A model generated the notes under the pieces. The model did no database searches and was not told the DNA's origin. It was given only the letters and a program-made list of their open reading frames with translations. Of a stretch of 64,000 nt of DNA, positions 45,621 through 62,300 are shown one piece after another (position 1 is the first letter of the stretch; each line of letters begins with the position of its first letter). The translations under genes were made by a program, and so were the position numbers. The stretch is taken from assembly GCA_045636225.1 (NCBI GenBank), contig JAZTXB010000047.1, positions 4,742 to 68,741 on the forward strand. The letters run 5' to 3'. Source of the DNA: Bacilli bacterium (GTDB lineage Bacteria; Bacillota_I; Bacilli_A; RF39; UBA660).

Positions 45621-46334
45621 CTAAAATTCTATAAATTCTAAACCATCTATATTTTTTATCAACATATAAAAGGATGTTCCGTATGTAAATGTATCATTAT
45701 ATAAATTTATAACATATTCTTCTGTATATGCTTCTACTTTACCTGTATAACTATCTAGAAATATATATTCCTCAGTTTTATAATTATACATTTTAATATA
45801 ATTATTTGTCACTTCTATAAATGACATTGGAGACAACTCATACTTTTGTTCATTTATAACTACTGTAGTATTCTCTATAAATACATATAAATCTTTACCA
45901 TCATAGAAAAAACAATCATATAGTCTCCCAATACCTGCTTCTGAATTTATATATAAATAATTTTTTTTGGAATACAACTTAGAAAATTTTCCAACTTTAT
46001 ACATAGGATTTTTCCTATAAGGAAAAACAATTTCCATATTATTTGGCATAACTAACAAGCCATCATAATCATTGTAATATATCGGTGTACTATCTAATGC
46101 AACACTATCGTTTTGTATCGATAGAATAGTTTCGTTTACATTAACTGTAACATTACCTTCAAAATCTATTCTATTTGTAGTAAAATAGTAATAAAATTGA
46201 TGAGTTTCACTTTTTACACTACTATAATCATTAATTTCAAAAAATAAAATAAAAGAGCAAATCAATATTAATAGTAATATTATTACAGCAAGTACTGCCG
46301 GACTTACTTTTTTTCCTTTCAATTTATCTAGCAA
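45621..46334 (-). CDS. N-terminally membrane-anchored protein (237 aa), unknown
   Basis: A single TM helix (PAVLAVIILLLILICSFILFF) followed by an approximately 190 aa beta-rich domain. Its start overlaps the upstream gene by 11 nt. Confidence 0.55.
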   Translation of the reverse strand: MLDKLKGKKVSPAVLAVIILLLILICSFILFFEINDYSSVKSETHQFYYYFTTNRIDFEGNVTVNVNETILSIQNDSVALDSTPIYYNDYDGLLVMPNNMEIVFPYRKNPMYKVGKFSKLYSKKNYLYINSEAGIGRLYDCFFYDGKDLYVFIENTTVVINEQKYELSPMSFIEVTNNYIKMYNYKTEEYIFLDSYTGKVEAYTEEYVINLYNDTFTYGTSFYMLIKNIDGLEFIEF

Positions 46335-46850
46335 TTAAATTCCTCCTTACATTTTTATCTTTAGCAACTATTGAAGATAAATTTCTCGCAAAGAAATATA
46401 TAGAACATGCAATTAATATTGCAGATAATATCCATATATAATATTCTACCATTTTAGATTGTCTTACCTCTACCAAAAATAAAGACAATAAATTTAAAAA
46501 ATAAATTATTAAATACTCAGTTACCCCCAACAACAACTCTTTTGTAAACGTAAGTACATTAAAAGAGAAAAATGCATATGTAAAACAAAGTACTAGGAAA
46601 ACATATAAATATAAATTAGAAGAGTCTGAAAGTTTAAATATGCAGTAAATAAGAGTTATTTCCTTTAATATAGCACAAGCAAGCATTATCAAAGAAAAAT
46701 CATCCATACCAGTAAAGAAACCATAAATATTAATAAATTTAAGATTAAATCTACTACTCAAATAATAAAATATAAAAGAAACTAAAGCAATTCCACAAGA
46801 AATAACTAATATAAATTCAACGAGCTGCAATATATAATAAAAAATTAAAT

Positions 46851-46854
<4 letters not shown>
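46324..46854 (-). CDS. polytopic membrane protein (176 aa, approx 5 TM), unknown
   Basis: Five hydrophobic segments. It overlaps the epsilon-like gene by 4 nt. I see no resemblance to subunit a motifs. Confidence 0.55.
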
Positions 46855-49248
<2,394 letters not shown>

Positions 49249-49259
<11 letters not shown>

Positions 49260-50613
49260 TATTTTCCTCTAACACAAATTTAAAACTATTAATTATTTCG
49301 TCTTTAGTTCTAGGAGAAAATTTATATTGATTTAATGTATCAAGTATTCTTTTTCCTTCTTCAATTTTATTTCTAAGATTTCCTCCCATTTCATCAAGAT
49401 TTGCAAATTGATATACATCTTGAGTCTCTAAAAAACTTTGAAGTTTTAGTCTTACAACTGCTCCTAGTTTTTTTATATCATCTGTTTGAACAGCTCCACC
49501 AAGACGTGAAACTGAAAGTCCATAATCAATTGCTGGCTTAAATCCTTTTGCAAATAATTTACTAGATAAATAAATTTGTCCATCTGTAATAGATATTATA
49601 TTAGTAGTAATATAATCAGTCATATCTTCTCCCTTTGTTTCAACAATAGGAAGAATTGTTATTGAACCACCATTTTTATGCTGACACCCCTTTTCAAGTA
49701 ATCTTGAATGAGTATAGAAAATATCAGCTGGATAAGCATCCCTACCTGGGGTTTTTCCAGATACTAAACTTATCTCTCTATATGCTTCTGCATGTCTTTT
49801 CAAATCATCTATAACAACAAGCACATCATGACCATTTTTCATGTATACTTCTGCAATTGATAAAGCCGCATACGGAGTTAACGAAATAACAGGAGGTTTA
49901 TCATCATTAAATGCGCAAACAATTATTGTATACGCAAGTGCTCCTCTCTTTTGTAATTCCAAATAAATATCTTTTACTTCTTTTTTTGTTTTTCCAATAG
50001 CAACATATATACAAAGAACTTTCTTATCTATTTGATTAGCAATTATATCTAAACACATTTGAGTCTTACCTGTTTGTTTATCACCAACTATTAATTGTCT
50101 TTGTCCTTTTCCTATTGGATATATTAAATCAATTCCTGATATACCGGTTTCAAAAGGTCTATCAACACGACCTCTATTCATTATTGATACAGGTTTGTTT
50201 TCAATATTAATTTTAATTAGATCTTCAAATTTTTGATCAGTATATAGATCAGTTCCAAACATATCGATTATTCTACCAACAAATTGATTAGAAAAACATG
50301 TTTTTAAACTTTTTCTTGTTGAATATACTCTATCTCCAACTTTTATCATTTGAGATGTTTTTAAAACTGCAATTATTACAGAATTCTCTAATATTGCATT
50401 AACATATCCAGTTGCATAATTTTCTATATTTACCTGTTCAAAAAAAGCTACTTTTTCTAATCCTGCAACCTCAATAATAAAATTGGTAACCCTTACAACT
50501 CGTCCACTTTCAAATTTGTTTGCGTTTTTGTTTATATTATCAATTTTTTCATCTAAAGTGTCATTAACATAATCACTTACTTTATCTTTTTCATTATTAA
50601 TATAGTCATTCAC
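49249..50613 (-). CDS. F1-ATPase alpha-like subunit (454 aa)
   Basis: GDKQTGKT (vs GDRQTGKT), DDLKRHAEAYR, PGRDAYPADIFYTHSRLLEK, ITDGQIYL and GLSVSRLG. It uses a GTG start with an AAGGATG RBS. Confidence 0.9.
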
Positions 50614-50638
50614 TGTATCACATCCTTTTTATTATTAA

Positions 50639-51385
50639 CTATAAACTATAGTCGTATAAATTACCCTTGTAATTGATTTTTATTCCTTCATTTATTGTTT
50701 CATCATATTCTGTTTTAACCATAGAAGATATATAATCATAACTTATATTTTTCTCCCCAGTATATACATATACTGTAGGATCATTTTTTTCCAATAGTGT
50801 ATCTAACTGTATTATAAAATTATTAACTTTTACATCATCAAGTTTTATATTTTTATTAAGAATATCAATTTCATTATTATCAAGAATACTATATATATAT
50901 TCTTTTTGTTCTTTTTTTTGAAGTTTCATAATCTTATAAATAGTTTTACTATCTAATTTTTTTCTAATACCAGATAACACAATAAACTCTTCGTTTCCAT
51001 CGTCTTCAATTTTATTAACAAAATCTAGTATTATATCAGCCTTATTAAATGAAAATTTTTCTTTTATATTTTTATACTTTTCAAACAAATTTTCATCCCT
51101 ATATTTAGGAGTTACTATTTCTCCATAATATTCTTTTTTGTCATTATAATTAACATTAGTATCAACTTTTGTTTTTTTACTTAAAATCTCTTTATTCTTT
51201 TCTATTTCTTCATTTAATTTATTAAGTACTTTTTGCTTTTCTTCTATTAAATAATCATAATCTTGAAGTTTATCAATAAAATACTTTTTAGTGTTAATAT
51301 CAATTCTCTTAACAGTACTTCTAAGTGAAAAAAACAGAATTGATATTAACGTAAGCGAAACTATAACCGCTACTATATATTCCAT
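50639..51385 (-). CDS. TM + coiled-coil protein, peripheral-stalk (b-like) candidate (248 aa)
   Basis: An N-terminal TM helix (IVAVIVSLTLISILFF) followed by a long charged heptad-like helix. It occupies the slot between c-like and alpha-like where b and delta normally sit. Confidence 0.4.
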   Translation of the reverse strand: MEYIVAVIVSLTLISILFFSLRSTVKRIDINTKKYFIDKLQDYDYLIEEKQKVLNKLNEEIEKNKEILSKKTKVDTNVNYNDKKEYYGEIVTPKYRDENLFEKYKNIKEKFSFNKADIILDFVNKIEDDGNEEFIVLSGIRKKLDSKTIYKIMKLQKKEQKEYIYSILDNNEIDILNKNIKLDDVKVNNFIIQLDTLLEKNDPTVYVYTGEKNISYDYISSMVKTEYDETINEGIKINYKGNLYDYSL

Positions 51386-51386
51386 A

Positions 51387-53070
<1,684 letters not shown>

Positions 53071-53096
53071 ATAAAATTTCTCCTTTTCATGCATTT

Positions 53097-56000
53097 TTAG
53101 TTAAACAACTTTTCATAGCTTATTGGATTTATACTTCCATTTTCAAAGAAAATCTTAATACTCATTTGTTTTACATTTGATACAGGTATCCCATCGTCAT
53201 TGTTATTATTTAGCACTTCGAAAGTATAAACAGTTTTTCCTCGTTCATCTATATGTGACAAGAAAGACAATTCATCTCCCCCTACAGAATTAGAGTACGT
53301 TGCATTTTCTGTTGAATATGTTAACATATATTGTATTTCGCTAATATTATTAAATAACTCTTCGTCTGGTTCTCTAAACATTAGATTAATACTGTTAGCT
53401 AACTTTAGTGTAGACATGTTTAAAGCTGTTGAATTATAAATAATATATGCTGGTTGTTTTCCATCAACAGTTTTTGGGAATACTTCAGATTGCACACCAT
53501 CCTTGCCTTTTACACAATAATTTATTTTTACTGCATAATAACTTTTAACCGCAGCATTACTAAGTTGACTTGTTAAATTTAAACCTGAAGTTTCATTTAC
53601 AAATGGTATTGGTGAATATCCAAGATTTCTTACATTCGTTTTATCATCAAAATTTTTAATATATTTTCCATCTATATTATCTTCAGCTATAGAAAATAAT
53701 TCGAAATAAACAACCTTAGGGATTTCAGAAACATTGAAATACTTCGATATCCTATCTTTATTTTCTTTATCAAAACCAACATATTCAATAGGATTTCCAT
53801 CCTTTTTATCACACGCAACTAACATTCCATCTTCGTCCTGTATTTCTATCTTAAATTCGGGATTAGAAGTATCTTCCACAAAAAATTTTGGTACGTCCCT
53901 AGTTATTTCTATTTCCTTACTCTCAAGTTCTTTATAAACTTTCTTTACCCCATCATAGTCATCTAAATTAAAAACCTTCAATTGTTTTTCCGTACCATCA
54001 TTTTTTTTCAACTTAACCTCTAAATCTAATATATAATTACCTTCTAAATTACTATACGTACTTTGCAAATCAAAAGTCTTATCAATTGATTTTGATTCTA
54101 ATTTTTGAGCATCAGCAAACATTCTTTGGTTTTGCTCACCCTTTTTTAAAATTAAATTATATAGGATTTCTTCACCTTTTTTCAGCTCATAAGTTTCGTC
54201 ATCTACATTCAATTTATATTTTAAATTTTTTGTATATATTATGTCATTGAATTCATTAATCCATTTCCATTTGTTTTTTACTACATTAGCAGAATAATTA
54301 TTAATATATATTCTATCAAGCGAATTGATTGGTAAATCTTCATTATAATTTTTTAAATCAGCATTGTAAGAAGTTTTAAATTCTACTCCGCCAAGAACAG
54401 TACAACCACTTATTGTATATGAATATGTTGAAACATCATCAAACCCATCAAACACTATTGTTACTTTCTTACCTTCATCTACTTTTATCGTTTTTATAAT
54501 TCCACTTTCATTATTCTCATCATTTTCAGATAGATAACTCTCCCACGTACAACCATTAGCATCATCATTACACTGTATTTTGTGAGTTTCAATACCACTA
54601 CCATTCTTTTTTAAAGAAACCTGTAATGCTGTTCCTGCATTAATTTGTTGATTAACGATATCAAAAGATATTGTTGCTCCGGTAGAATTATATATAGTAT
54701 TTATTTCAGTTGTAGCTAAAACAACTTCAACTGTTTGTAAATGTTTTTTCTCTAATTCTATCTCCCATAAAGAAACCTCATTAGAATGAACTAGTTTAGA
54801 TACCGCATTTCCAATTTTCAAATAATTTCCTATAAAATTCTCAGTTACAACCGTAAACCCAGGCTGCTCGAATATCGTCCCTGAAGGTAAACCAGAATTT
54901 GGAGCAAAAATACTATTTTCAGATATATTATCAAATCTTCCAGAATCTTCGGTTCCGGAAAAATTATAATAAATATTTCCACTATGCTGTGTTTGTTCAC
55001 CTAAAACAGCTTGTTTCCAATAATGCGAAGATTTTGTATAATCTACTATCTTTCCAGAATCAAACCAAAGCATAATAGAATTATTTTCAGACAATGTATT
55101 ATCTTCATCAATTTTTAAAACATCCGAAGTTAGTTCAACATCCAAAAACAATTCCTTAGATTGTTCATCTTTTTCAAATTTTCTATAATGTTCATTTATA
55201 TATAATCCTACCACTCTGTCTAAATATTTACTTGGAAACAAATCAGTAACCGCGCCTCGTATATCTTCGTCTGTATATTTAATGCTAAACCTTACGTAAC
55301 CACCATTTGTAGTATCCACGGTTAGAATTTCTGCATCATCACTAATAATAATTACTTCATCTGGATTAAATTCATACATCTTGACTTCTTTTTCGGTTTC
55401 GAATACTTTTTCATATGCATAAAGCGAATACGTTTCATCATTGTTATCAAGACTAAAATTATACTCAGTCCTATACTTATTTTCTTCATCTACAAGGTCA
55501 ACTTTACAACTTGTATTTAAACATATTTTTGTTAAAGCTCTATCTTCATCTTCAATTTTTAATTTAAAGGTAACAGATTTTCCATCATAATCCTTCACAT
55601 ATCCATTTATCTCAGCGCTTTTCTTTTTTCCATAAAAATCTATAGCCTGTGTAACCGTGTTTTTAATTTCTCCATCAACTTCATACTCACCATAATAACA
55701 AAGAAAATATTTTTTTCCTCTAGAATATTTTATTCCGTCATACTCAAGAGAGTCTGAGTATACGTTTGGTCCTGAAGATAAGTTTTCAAAATTATACTCA
55801 ACATCATTACAATAATCTAAATTTAATTGTTCATCAACATAGGCATCTGTTTTATCAGTAACATCTACTATGGAATAATTCAATTTTGTAACATATTGTT
55901 GAGCATCAACTGTACTCGCAGAAGACTTTAATTTAAAATTAAATCCAGTTGTCACTCCATCTCTTTTTATTTCTTCTTTTTCCATAGATAAATATGGAGG

Positions 56001-58796
56001 TAATTCGTTAAATTTTATATTAAATATTTCGCTATCAGTTTCTTTATATTCACCTTCATACTCTTCCTCTATTTCATCTTTAGGTAAAACTACTTTAATT
56101 GGAATTTCATATTCCCTCTTAGAATATCCCTTTATTACAACATGATATTTAAAATCAGAATCGTAATTATCAATTGTATAAGGTAATCCTTCAGCATTCT
56201 CTAAGTCATTTGAATATAATGTAAGTTTTCCTTCATAACCTGCCATTATATGTTCTAACTTATCAAGTTCATCATGATTATCAGGTATTGTACCACTATA
56301 TCCTGTATCTTCACAATTACCATTTTCTCCATCACTGCATCCATATAAAGAAAACTCTAATCTGCCCAATCTTTCATCAGAATTACCACTTTTCTCACTA
56401 TATTTTTGAATATTTATATCGAATACTGCTTCCGGATTATCACTAGGAGTCTCCTTTTCACCATTATCTAATACTAAATACACTGGCATTGCAGTTTCTG
56501 TTCTAACAGTTGTGTAACCCAAATAAATTGACTGAGAACTTCCATTTGCTACTCCATCAATAACACCATCACCATCTGTATCAAGTTCTACATTTTCACC
56601 AGTAGTTAATAATGATACATACAAAGCATATTCTGTATTTGGTATTAGCCCGTCCAAATATACTGGGATAGAAAAATTAGTCCCATCTTTAGGTATATCT
56701 TTCGCAATGATTATTGCCTCAGGACCAGCTTCTCCAGCCACTAAAGCATCATTTTTCTTAATTACAATTTGATAAGAAAAAGCTTTATCGGATGATATAA
56801 AATTTTCTGGGTCAGTTAAGATAATCTGTCCACTTATTAATTCTCCATCAGTATTATTCTGTTCTGATTCAAATTCTACAACTTTTGGAAGTTCAATTCC
56901 TAACGTTACTGAATTAGAATCATTAGATGAAAATATTATTGTTTTTTCGTTATCATCAAAATTTATATTAACATTAAAGTGAATCACTAAATTAGATAAA
57001 TCTTCACTTTCACTTAAGTTAGCAATTTCCCTAAGTTCTTGAAAAGTAAGAACTAGCGGCTCAGAACTATCCTTAGAAACCGTATGCATTAATGGTTCCT
57101 CGTTTTCTGTAGTTATAGATTTATAAATATTATATATATATCCATTAACTCCACCATTTATATCATTTACTCCTTGAACAAAAAACGAAACAACACCCTT
57201 AGTTTCATCCACATTAGTAGACAATTTAACATTATTTTTCTTAAACGGATTTTCTTTTAAAGTTTTTGTCTCATGAGTTAATTTTAATTCTTCATATGAA
57301 ACAGTAGAAAAAGCAACATTTCCATATTGTATTTTCTTCATTACAAAGACATATTCTGTATTAGAATCAAATTTATCTTTTTCTTCAATTATAACAACAT
57401 CGCTATCTCCAAAACTTTTGTCGACACTTTTTACAATAGTATTATTATTTTTATCAATTATTTCATAACTAAAGCCATTTACATCTGAATAAGAATTTTT
57501 ATATACTGCAAACGATAAAGAATCATTTGTGACATAATCATCCACTATTTCTAAACCTATGTCAAGAGTCCTAAAAATTTTTGAAATAAACGTCCTGTTA
57601 TAAACATCTTCATCTATCTTATATTGTCCAGTGACATTTAACGTATATTCAGTATTAGGTTTTAAACTAAAGTACGAATTAATTACATACTCAAGATTTC
57701 CCTCTTCCCACTCATCAAAAATTTGAACAACTCTTCCGGTAGAATTTTCTAGCAATTCGACTTTTCTATTTCCATAAAGTACAGCCGATTCATCAGTAAA
57801 AGAAAATTTTGCATATTCAATTCCCAAAGTTGTAACATCCATACTTACAACTTTAAAAACAGGTTGCTTAACTTCTTCTACTTCAAGTTGTTCATTTTCA
57901 TTTGGAAGTCCTGTCACCAAATTTCCAAGTTCCTCTTGCAATCCTGAATCTATATTGTCTTGTGAATTCCCCGAATTATTATTACCAGTATTTTCTGAAT
58001 TGTTTGGTTGATTATTTAAATTTTCTTCACCACTTTCATCTTTTTCTTCAGGTTGTGGTAAAACTTCTATATTATCATTAGCATTTATAACCATATCAGC
58101 CATAGTTAAATATTCAACATTTTTCTTACTTATAGTTTTATACTCCAAATCTATTTTCACATCATCAACTATTATATATAGATTAGAAGCTATAGTCTGA
58201 TAATTAACTTTATCATTATAAATTCTTATTACATTTTTGCTCACATATTCAATTTCTACATAATCTTCCATTTCAACAGCTTGTTCTCCTGAAAACGATA
58301 CAATTATCTTAGGAGACGCAACTAAATATTTATTATCCGAAATTTTATACATCAATTTAGCAAATGTAATAGTTTTATCTAAATTATCAATTTTATATAC
58401 TGCAGCCTCTTTTCTTAAGACAGAATTTTCAAAAATATTATAATAATTTATTAACTTGGAATCTATCTCATTCAAATCAATTGCAACACCTTTTTTCAAA
58501 GACATAATAGAACCATCCGAATAATGAACAAAACTTTCTTCCGTTATTTCAACTTTTTCACCATTAGAATTAGAAAAAGTATAACCATCCTTATTGTTAC
58601 TTTTATATGAAGTATTTTGTTCAAAATATAATTTATTTATATTACTGTTACCATCACCTAAATTACTTATTATATATCCACTACTAGAAAAATAATTTAC
58701 AGACTTATTTTTATAGTTTATCGCAAACACAAAGCTAACTATCAACATAGTTATTACGATTATAGTAATTATTATAACATGTATTTTTTGTTTCAT
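53097..58796 (-). CDS. giant N-terminally anchored surface protein (approx 1899 aa)
   Basis: One uninterrupted ORF of 5.7 kb. I prefer the start at MKQKIHV (ATG 58796, GGTGAT RBS). Features: TM helix VIIITIIVITMLIVSFVFAI, the acidic/Asn-rich linker EKDESGEENLNNQPNNSENTGNNNSGNSQDN, and a long beta-rich body with no recognised catalytic motif. Confidence 0.75.
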   Translation of the reverse strand: MKQKIHVIIITIIVITMLIVSFVFAINYKNKSVNYFSSSGYIISNLGDGNSNINKLYFEQNTSYKSNNKDGYTFSNSNGEKVEITEESFVHYSDGSIMSLKKGVAIDLNEIDSKLINYYNIFENSVLRKEAAVYKIDNLDKTITFAKLMYKISDNKYLVASPKIIVSFSGEQAVEMEDYVEIEYVSKNVIRIYNDKVNYQTIASNLYIIVDDVKIDLEYKTISKKNVEYLTMADMVINANDNIEVLPQPEEKDESGEENLNNQPNNSENTGNNNSGNSQDNIDSGLQEELGNLVTGLPNENEQLEVEEVKQPVFKVVSMDVTTLGIEYAKFSFTDESAVLYGNRKVELLENSTGRVVQIFDEWEEGNLEYVINSYFSLKPNTEYTLNVTGQYKIDEDVYNRTFISKIFRTLDIGLEIVDDYVTNDSLSFAVYKNSYSDVNGFSYEIIDKNNNTIVKSVDKSFGDSDVVIIEEKDKFDSNTEYVFVMKKIQYGNVAFSTVSYEELKLTHETKTLKENPFKKNNVKLSTNVDETKGVVSFFVQGVNDINGGVNGYIYNIYKSITTENEEPLMHTVSKDSSEPLVLTFQELREIANLSESEDLSNLVIHFNVNINFDDNEKTIIFSSNDSNSVTLGIELPKVVEFESEQNNTDGELISGQIILTDPENFISSDKAFSYQIVIKKNDALVAGEAGPEAIIIAKDIPKDGTNFSIPVYLDGLIPNTEYALYVSLLTTGENVELDTDGDGVIDGVANGSSQSIYLGYTTVRTETAMPVYLVLDNGEKETPSDNPEAVFDINIQKYSEKSGNSDERLGRLEFSLYGCSDGENGNCEDTGYSGTIPDNHDELDKLEHIMAGYEGKLTLYSNDLENAEGLPYTIDNYDSDFKYHVVIKGYSKREYEIPIKVVLPKDEIEEEYEGEYKETDSEIFNIKFNELPPYLSMEKEEIKRDGVTTGFNFKLKSSASTVDAQQYVTKLNYSIVDVTDKTDAYVDEQLNLDYCNDVEYNFENLSSGPNVYSDSLEYDGIKYSRGKKYFLCYYGEYEVDGEIKNTVTQAIDFYGKKKSAEINGYVKDYDGKSVTFKLKIEDEDRALTKICLNTSCKVDLVDEENKYRTEYNFSLDNNDETYSLYAYEKVFETEKEVKMYEFNPDEVIIISDDAEILTVDTTNGGYVRFSIKYTDEDIRGAVTDLFPSKYLDRVVGLYINEHYRKFEKDEQSKELFLDVELTSDVLKIDEDNTLSENNSIMLWFDSGKIVDYTKSSHYWKQAVLGEQTQHSGNIYYNFSGTEDSGRFDNISENSIFAPNSGLPSGTIFEQPGFTVVTENFIGNYLKIGNAVSKLVHSNEVSLWEIELEKKHLQTVEVVLATTEINTIYNSTGATISFDIVNQQINAGTALQVSLKKNGSGIETHKIQCNDDANGCTWESYLSENDENNESGIIKTIKVDEGKKVTIVFDGFDDVSTYSYTISGCTVLGGVEFKTSYNADLKNYNEDLPINSLDRIYINNYSANVVKNKWKWINEFNDIIYTKNLKYKLNVDDETYELKKGEEILYNLILKKGEQNQRMFADAQKLESKSIDKTFDLQSTYSNLEGNYILDLEVKLKKNDGTEKQLKVFNLDDYDGVKKVYKELESKEIEITRDVPKFFVEDTSNPEFKIEIQDEDGMLVACDKKDGNPIEYVGFDKENKDRISKYFNVSEIPKVVYFELFSIAEDNIDGKYIKNFDDKTNVRNLGYSPIPFVNETSGLNLTSQLSNAAVKSYYAVKINYCVKGKDGVQSEVFPKTVDGKQPAYIIYNSTALNMSTLKLANSINLMFREPDEELFNNISEIQYMLTYSTENATYSNSVGGDELSFLSHIDERGKTVYTFEVLNNNNDDGIPVSNVKQMSIKIFFENGSINPISYEKLFN

Positions 58797-58878
58797 ATCA
58801 TCACCTATTATTTTCATTATACAGTTACATTATACCCCAAAATAATACAAATAGCAATCTTTTCAAATCAATTTAACG

Positions 58879-58911
58879 AAAAAAAGAGCTGTATAACAGT
58901 CTCTCTTTTTT
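58879..58911. terminator. weak bulged hairpin flanked by A- and T-runs (possible partial terminator)
   Basis: AGAGCTG-TATAA-CAG(T)CTCT has A7 on the left and T6 on the right. It is the only hairpin inside the 19 kb gene string. Confidence 0.35.
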
Positions 58912-58912
58912 G

Positions 58913-59362
58913 TTATTCACAATGAATATAACTTCTTATAATTCCATCAATTACAGAATCATACTGACTAGGCCAAATAGCGTAAACATATATACCAATT
59001 TCAACTAATTTTATTTGATTATCCTCATATAATTCATTATTAGTATCAATATGATTCTTCAAATCAAACAATTCATTTTCACTTAAGTTTCTTGCCAAAA
59101 TGAAATATTCATTATCCGATTCAATGTTATATGAAAATATATAATCAGTTTCATTCAAAAATCCAATAGGAAGTTTTTCTGAAATTTCTTTAGTTTCTAA
59201 AGAATTAAACCTATTTCCCGTTGCTAAATTTATTTCCAACAAAACTTCCTCTAATTCGAAATCAGCACATTCACTAGGTAATTCTTTTTTAGGAATTAAA
59301 ACTATAAAAATTATTATTAAAACTATTATAGCAACTATTATAATACTTAATTTTTTTTTCAT
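58913..59362 (-). CDS. small N-terminally anchored protein (149 aa), unknown
   Basis: TM helix LSIIIVAIIVLIIIFIVLI. Its start overlaps the GLUG-protein stop (ATGA). Confidence 0.55.
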   Translation of the reverse strand: MKKKLSIIIVAIIVLIIIFIVLIPKKELPSECADFELEEVLLEINLATGNRFNSLETKEISEKLPIGFLNETDYIFSYNIESDNEYFILARNLSENELFDLKNHIDTNNELYEDNQIKLVEIGIYVYAIWPSQYDSVIDGIIRSYIHCE

Positions 59363-62300
59363 ACAGCACCACTCTTTTTTACCAATTTATGTTTAATTAA
59401 TAAGCACAAAGCAACCAAAACAGATACTATAGAAATTGCAAATAATAATATACCACTTAATGATAATTGTTTTTTTCCATTACCAAAATTTGTATAAAAT
59501 TTAACTAATTCATAATTTTGATAAAGCTTTTCTGTTTCAGATTGTACTTCACTAGAATTATCCAACAAAGAAGAAACTTTGTATAAATCATAATTCTTTG
59601 TAAGTTCATTATATACACTAATATATTGTTCTTCTTTTCCTGTCGCATTATTGCTACCATATAGTTTGTCCTTAGCTTGCTCCAACGAAATTTCAGTTAT
59701 TTTCCCCTTTAATATATCCATCTCTTTATATTTTTCTTGTTCAGAAATATTCTCAATAATATTATTCTTAGAAGAATCTCCTATCTTATCCTTAGCAAAT
59801 TCTAAAAACGAAGAATATTTATTTGAAACATTAGTAAATAAAATTGCACCTGTTCTATAGTCAAACGAATATACCGCACCATTAGTATATTTTAATACAA
59901 CATTATTACTAGATGACTTTATATTTGTGTATAATTCAACTATCTCATTATTAATTATATCTTCAGGGTATTTTATATTATTTTTTAAACTATATAATTT
60001 TCCATCTTCTTTTAAAACAATCTGAATCTCATTACTATTATAATAATCTACTATATACATATCCTTTTTATTTTCCAAAGAAGGACTTATAGAACTTAAT
60101 TTTCCATTTTTTAGGAATAACTGCATTTCCTTAACAATTCCATTTGCTAAAGAATAATTATAATATGTATCTATTTTGTTTCCATTATATTCAAACTCAT
60201 ATAATGGTTTTGAATTTTCTAAAATATTATATGTTATATTAGAATCACTTTCATTCCCATTTGATAAATTATATATTTTTCCATCAACTGTCAATACTTC
60301 ATTCCCATATAAATTAACAAAACTTCCATTAATTGCTTTAGCACTGCTATACAATACTTTACCTTGTATATAATAAGTTTCGTTATCTATTATACTTATA
60401 GTTTTAGCCAGTTCTGATGGCTTAACTGTAGATTCTTTATAATTATAACCATTTGTTAAATAAAATTTAATAGGATTTTTAAAATCATATGTTATTGTAT
60501 ATGTTCTTAACTCAACGGGAATATAATTAGACTTATAATCTCCTATTTCATAGTAAAAATATATATTAGTATCTATAGAATCAAATTCTATATTCACCGT
60601 ATTTACACCACTTGCATAAATATCATAATCCATAGTTAATTTATTGTTATAAGAATTTGCATAATTTCTTAACATTTTTGAACTAGATAACAAGGACATT
60701 GATAAACTAATATTTTCCGCACCAGTTCCAGGTAATTGAACTTTATTCTTAACTGATGGATACCCAGAATCGAATATTGGGAAATGCTTATCATCTTCAT
60801 AATTAAACACCGTAGTTGCTGGAATTAAAGTTTGTAATTCAACCAACGAAGAAATTTGAATACTTTCTTTTGTTATGTCTTTTACATATTCTTTAAAATT
60901 ACTTAGCTCCGCAAAAGCATCTTCACTTAACTCATTAGTCCCATATCCCAAAGTTGCTCCTGTTATTTTATTTTCTATTCTTCCAACCAATGGAATACCA
61001 CTGTTTTCAATACTAGAATAGAACAATGAATTTTGGAATTTCTTATCAACGCTTGCAGGAACTTGAGATAAATAACCAATTAAACCACCTGGGTTTGATG
61101 TAGCTCCAACACTAACATCAATAGCTAAATTATTAGAAAAACCAATATTTTGTGAATAAGTATTTCCATTATTTAATCTACCAATGATTCCCCCGACATC
61201 ATTTTCACCAGAAATTTTGGATGATAATACCATATTGCCTTTTATAGATTGAGTTCCCGAAGTTACTTGAATATAATCACCAACTAGCCCACCTACACAA
61301 TCTCCAGTGGCTTTTATTTCAGTCTTTTCTATTAAATTTCCTTCAATTTTATCTGTGGCACTTGTCGTTTGCCCTGCTAATCCACCTACATTAGAACTTC
61401 CTGAAATCACGGAATCAAAAACGCGATTTTTTTGTCCTGTATAAAAATTAAAACCACTAAGACCTCCAACAAATTTTGCATTAAGTGCACTATATAAACC
61501 ATCTTTCTCATTTGCAAAGGTAACCCCCTCTACCTCAATGCCACTATACATTCTAGCATTAGAATATATACCACCTAAATAAGTAATTTGGATTTCACTA
61601 GCATTTGAAATTAATACATTTCTAACTTGGATATTGGAAAAAGTTTGATTTCGTTGCATGTAACCACCTATGCCACCTATATATTTACCAGTAGCAGATA
61701 TTGTACTATTAGTAATACTACAATTGTTTGCACAATCGCCAGCGCCTACTATTCCACCAATATATGAAGAGAGAGAAGATGAGCCGCTAACCGACGACAC
61801 ACTAACATTTGATACGTATATATTCTTCATAGTATATTCTACATAGCCTACTACTCCACCAATTCCAGTAATACCTTCTACTTTTATTTTTTCTGCTATT
61901 ACATTTGTAATCAAAACATATCCAGCTCTGTCTCCAGAACTATAAGCTACTAACGCACCTACATAATTATTTGCCATAACTTCAATATCATCTATTTTTA
62001 CATTATTTATATAACCATAACTAACAGATATAATTCCAGCTTTACTATCAGTAGCAGTTGATGTTATTTTCATGTTAGAAAAATGACAATTTTCTATTTT
62101 TCCATTATTATTTTTAATTAAACTAGCATGCGTACCGCCTTGAATGTTAAAACCTATAAATGCTACATCCCTCATAGTCATAAATAGCTTATCAATTAAA
62201 CTTTCTTTAAAGGTACTATTTTCCTTGAATTCTATAGTATATCCGTTTCCTAATAAATTACCAATTTTTTTAGTTTTACTAACATCAGCATCAAATGAAA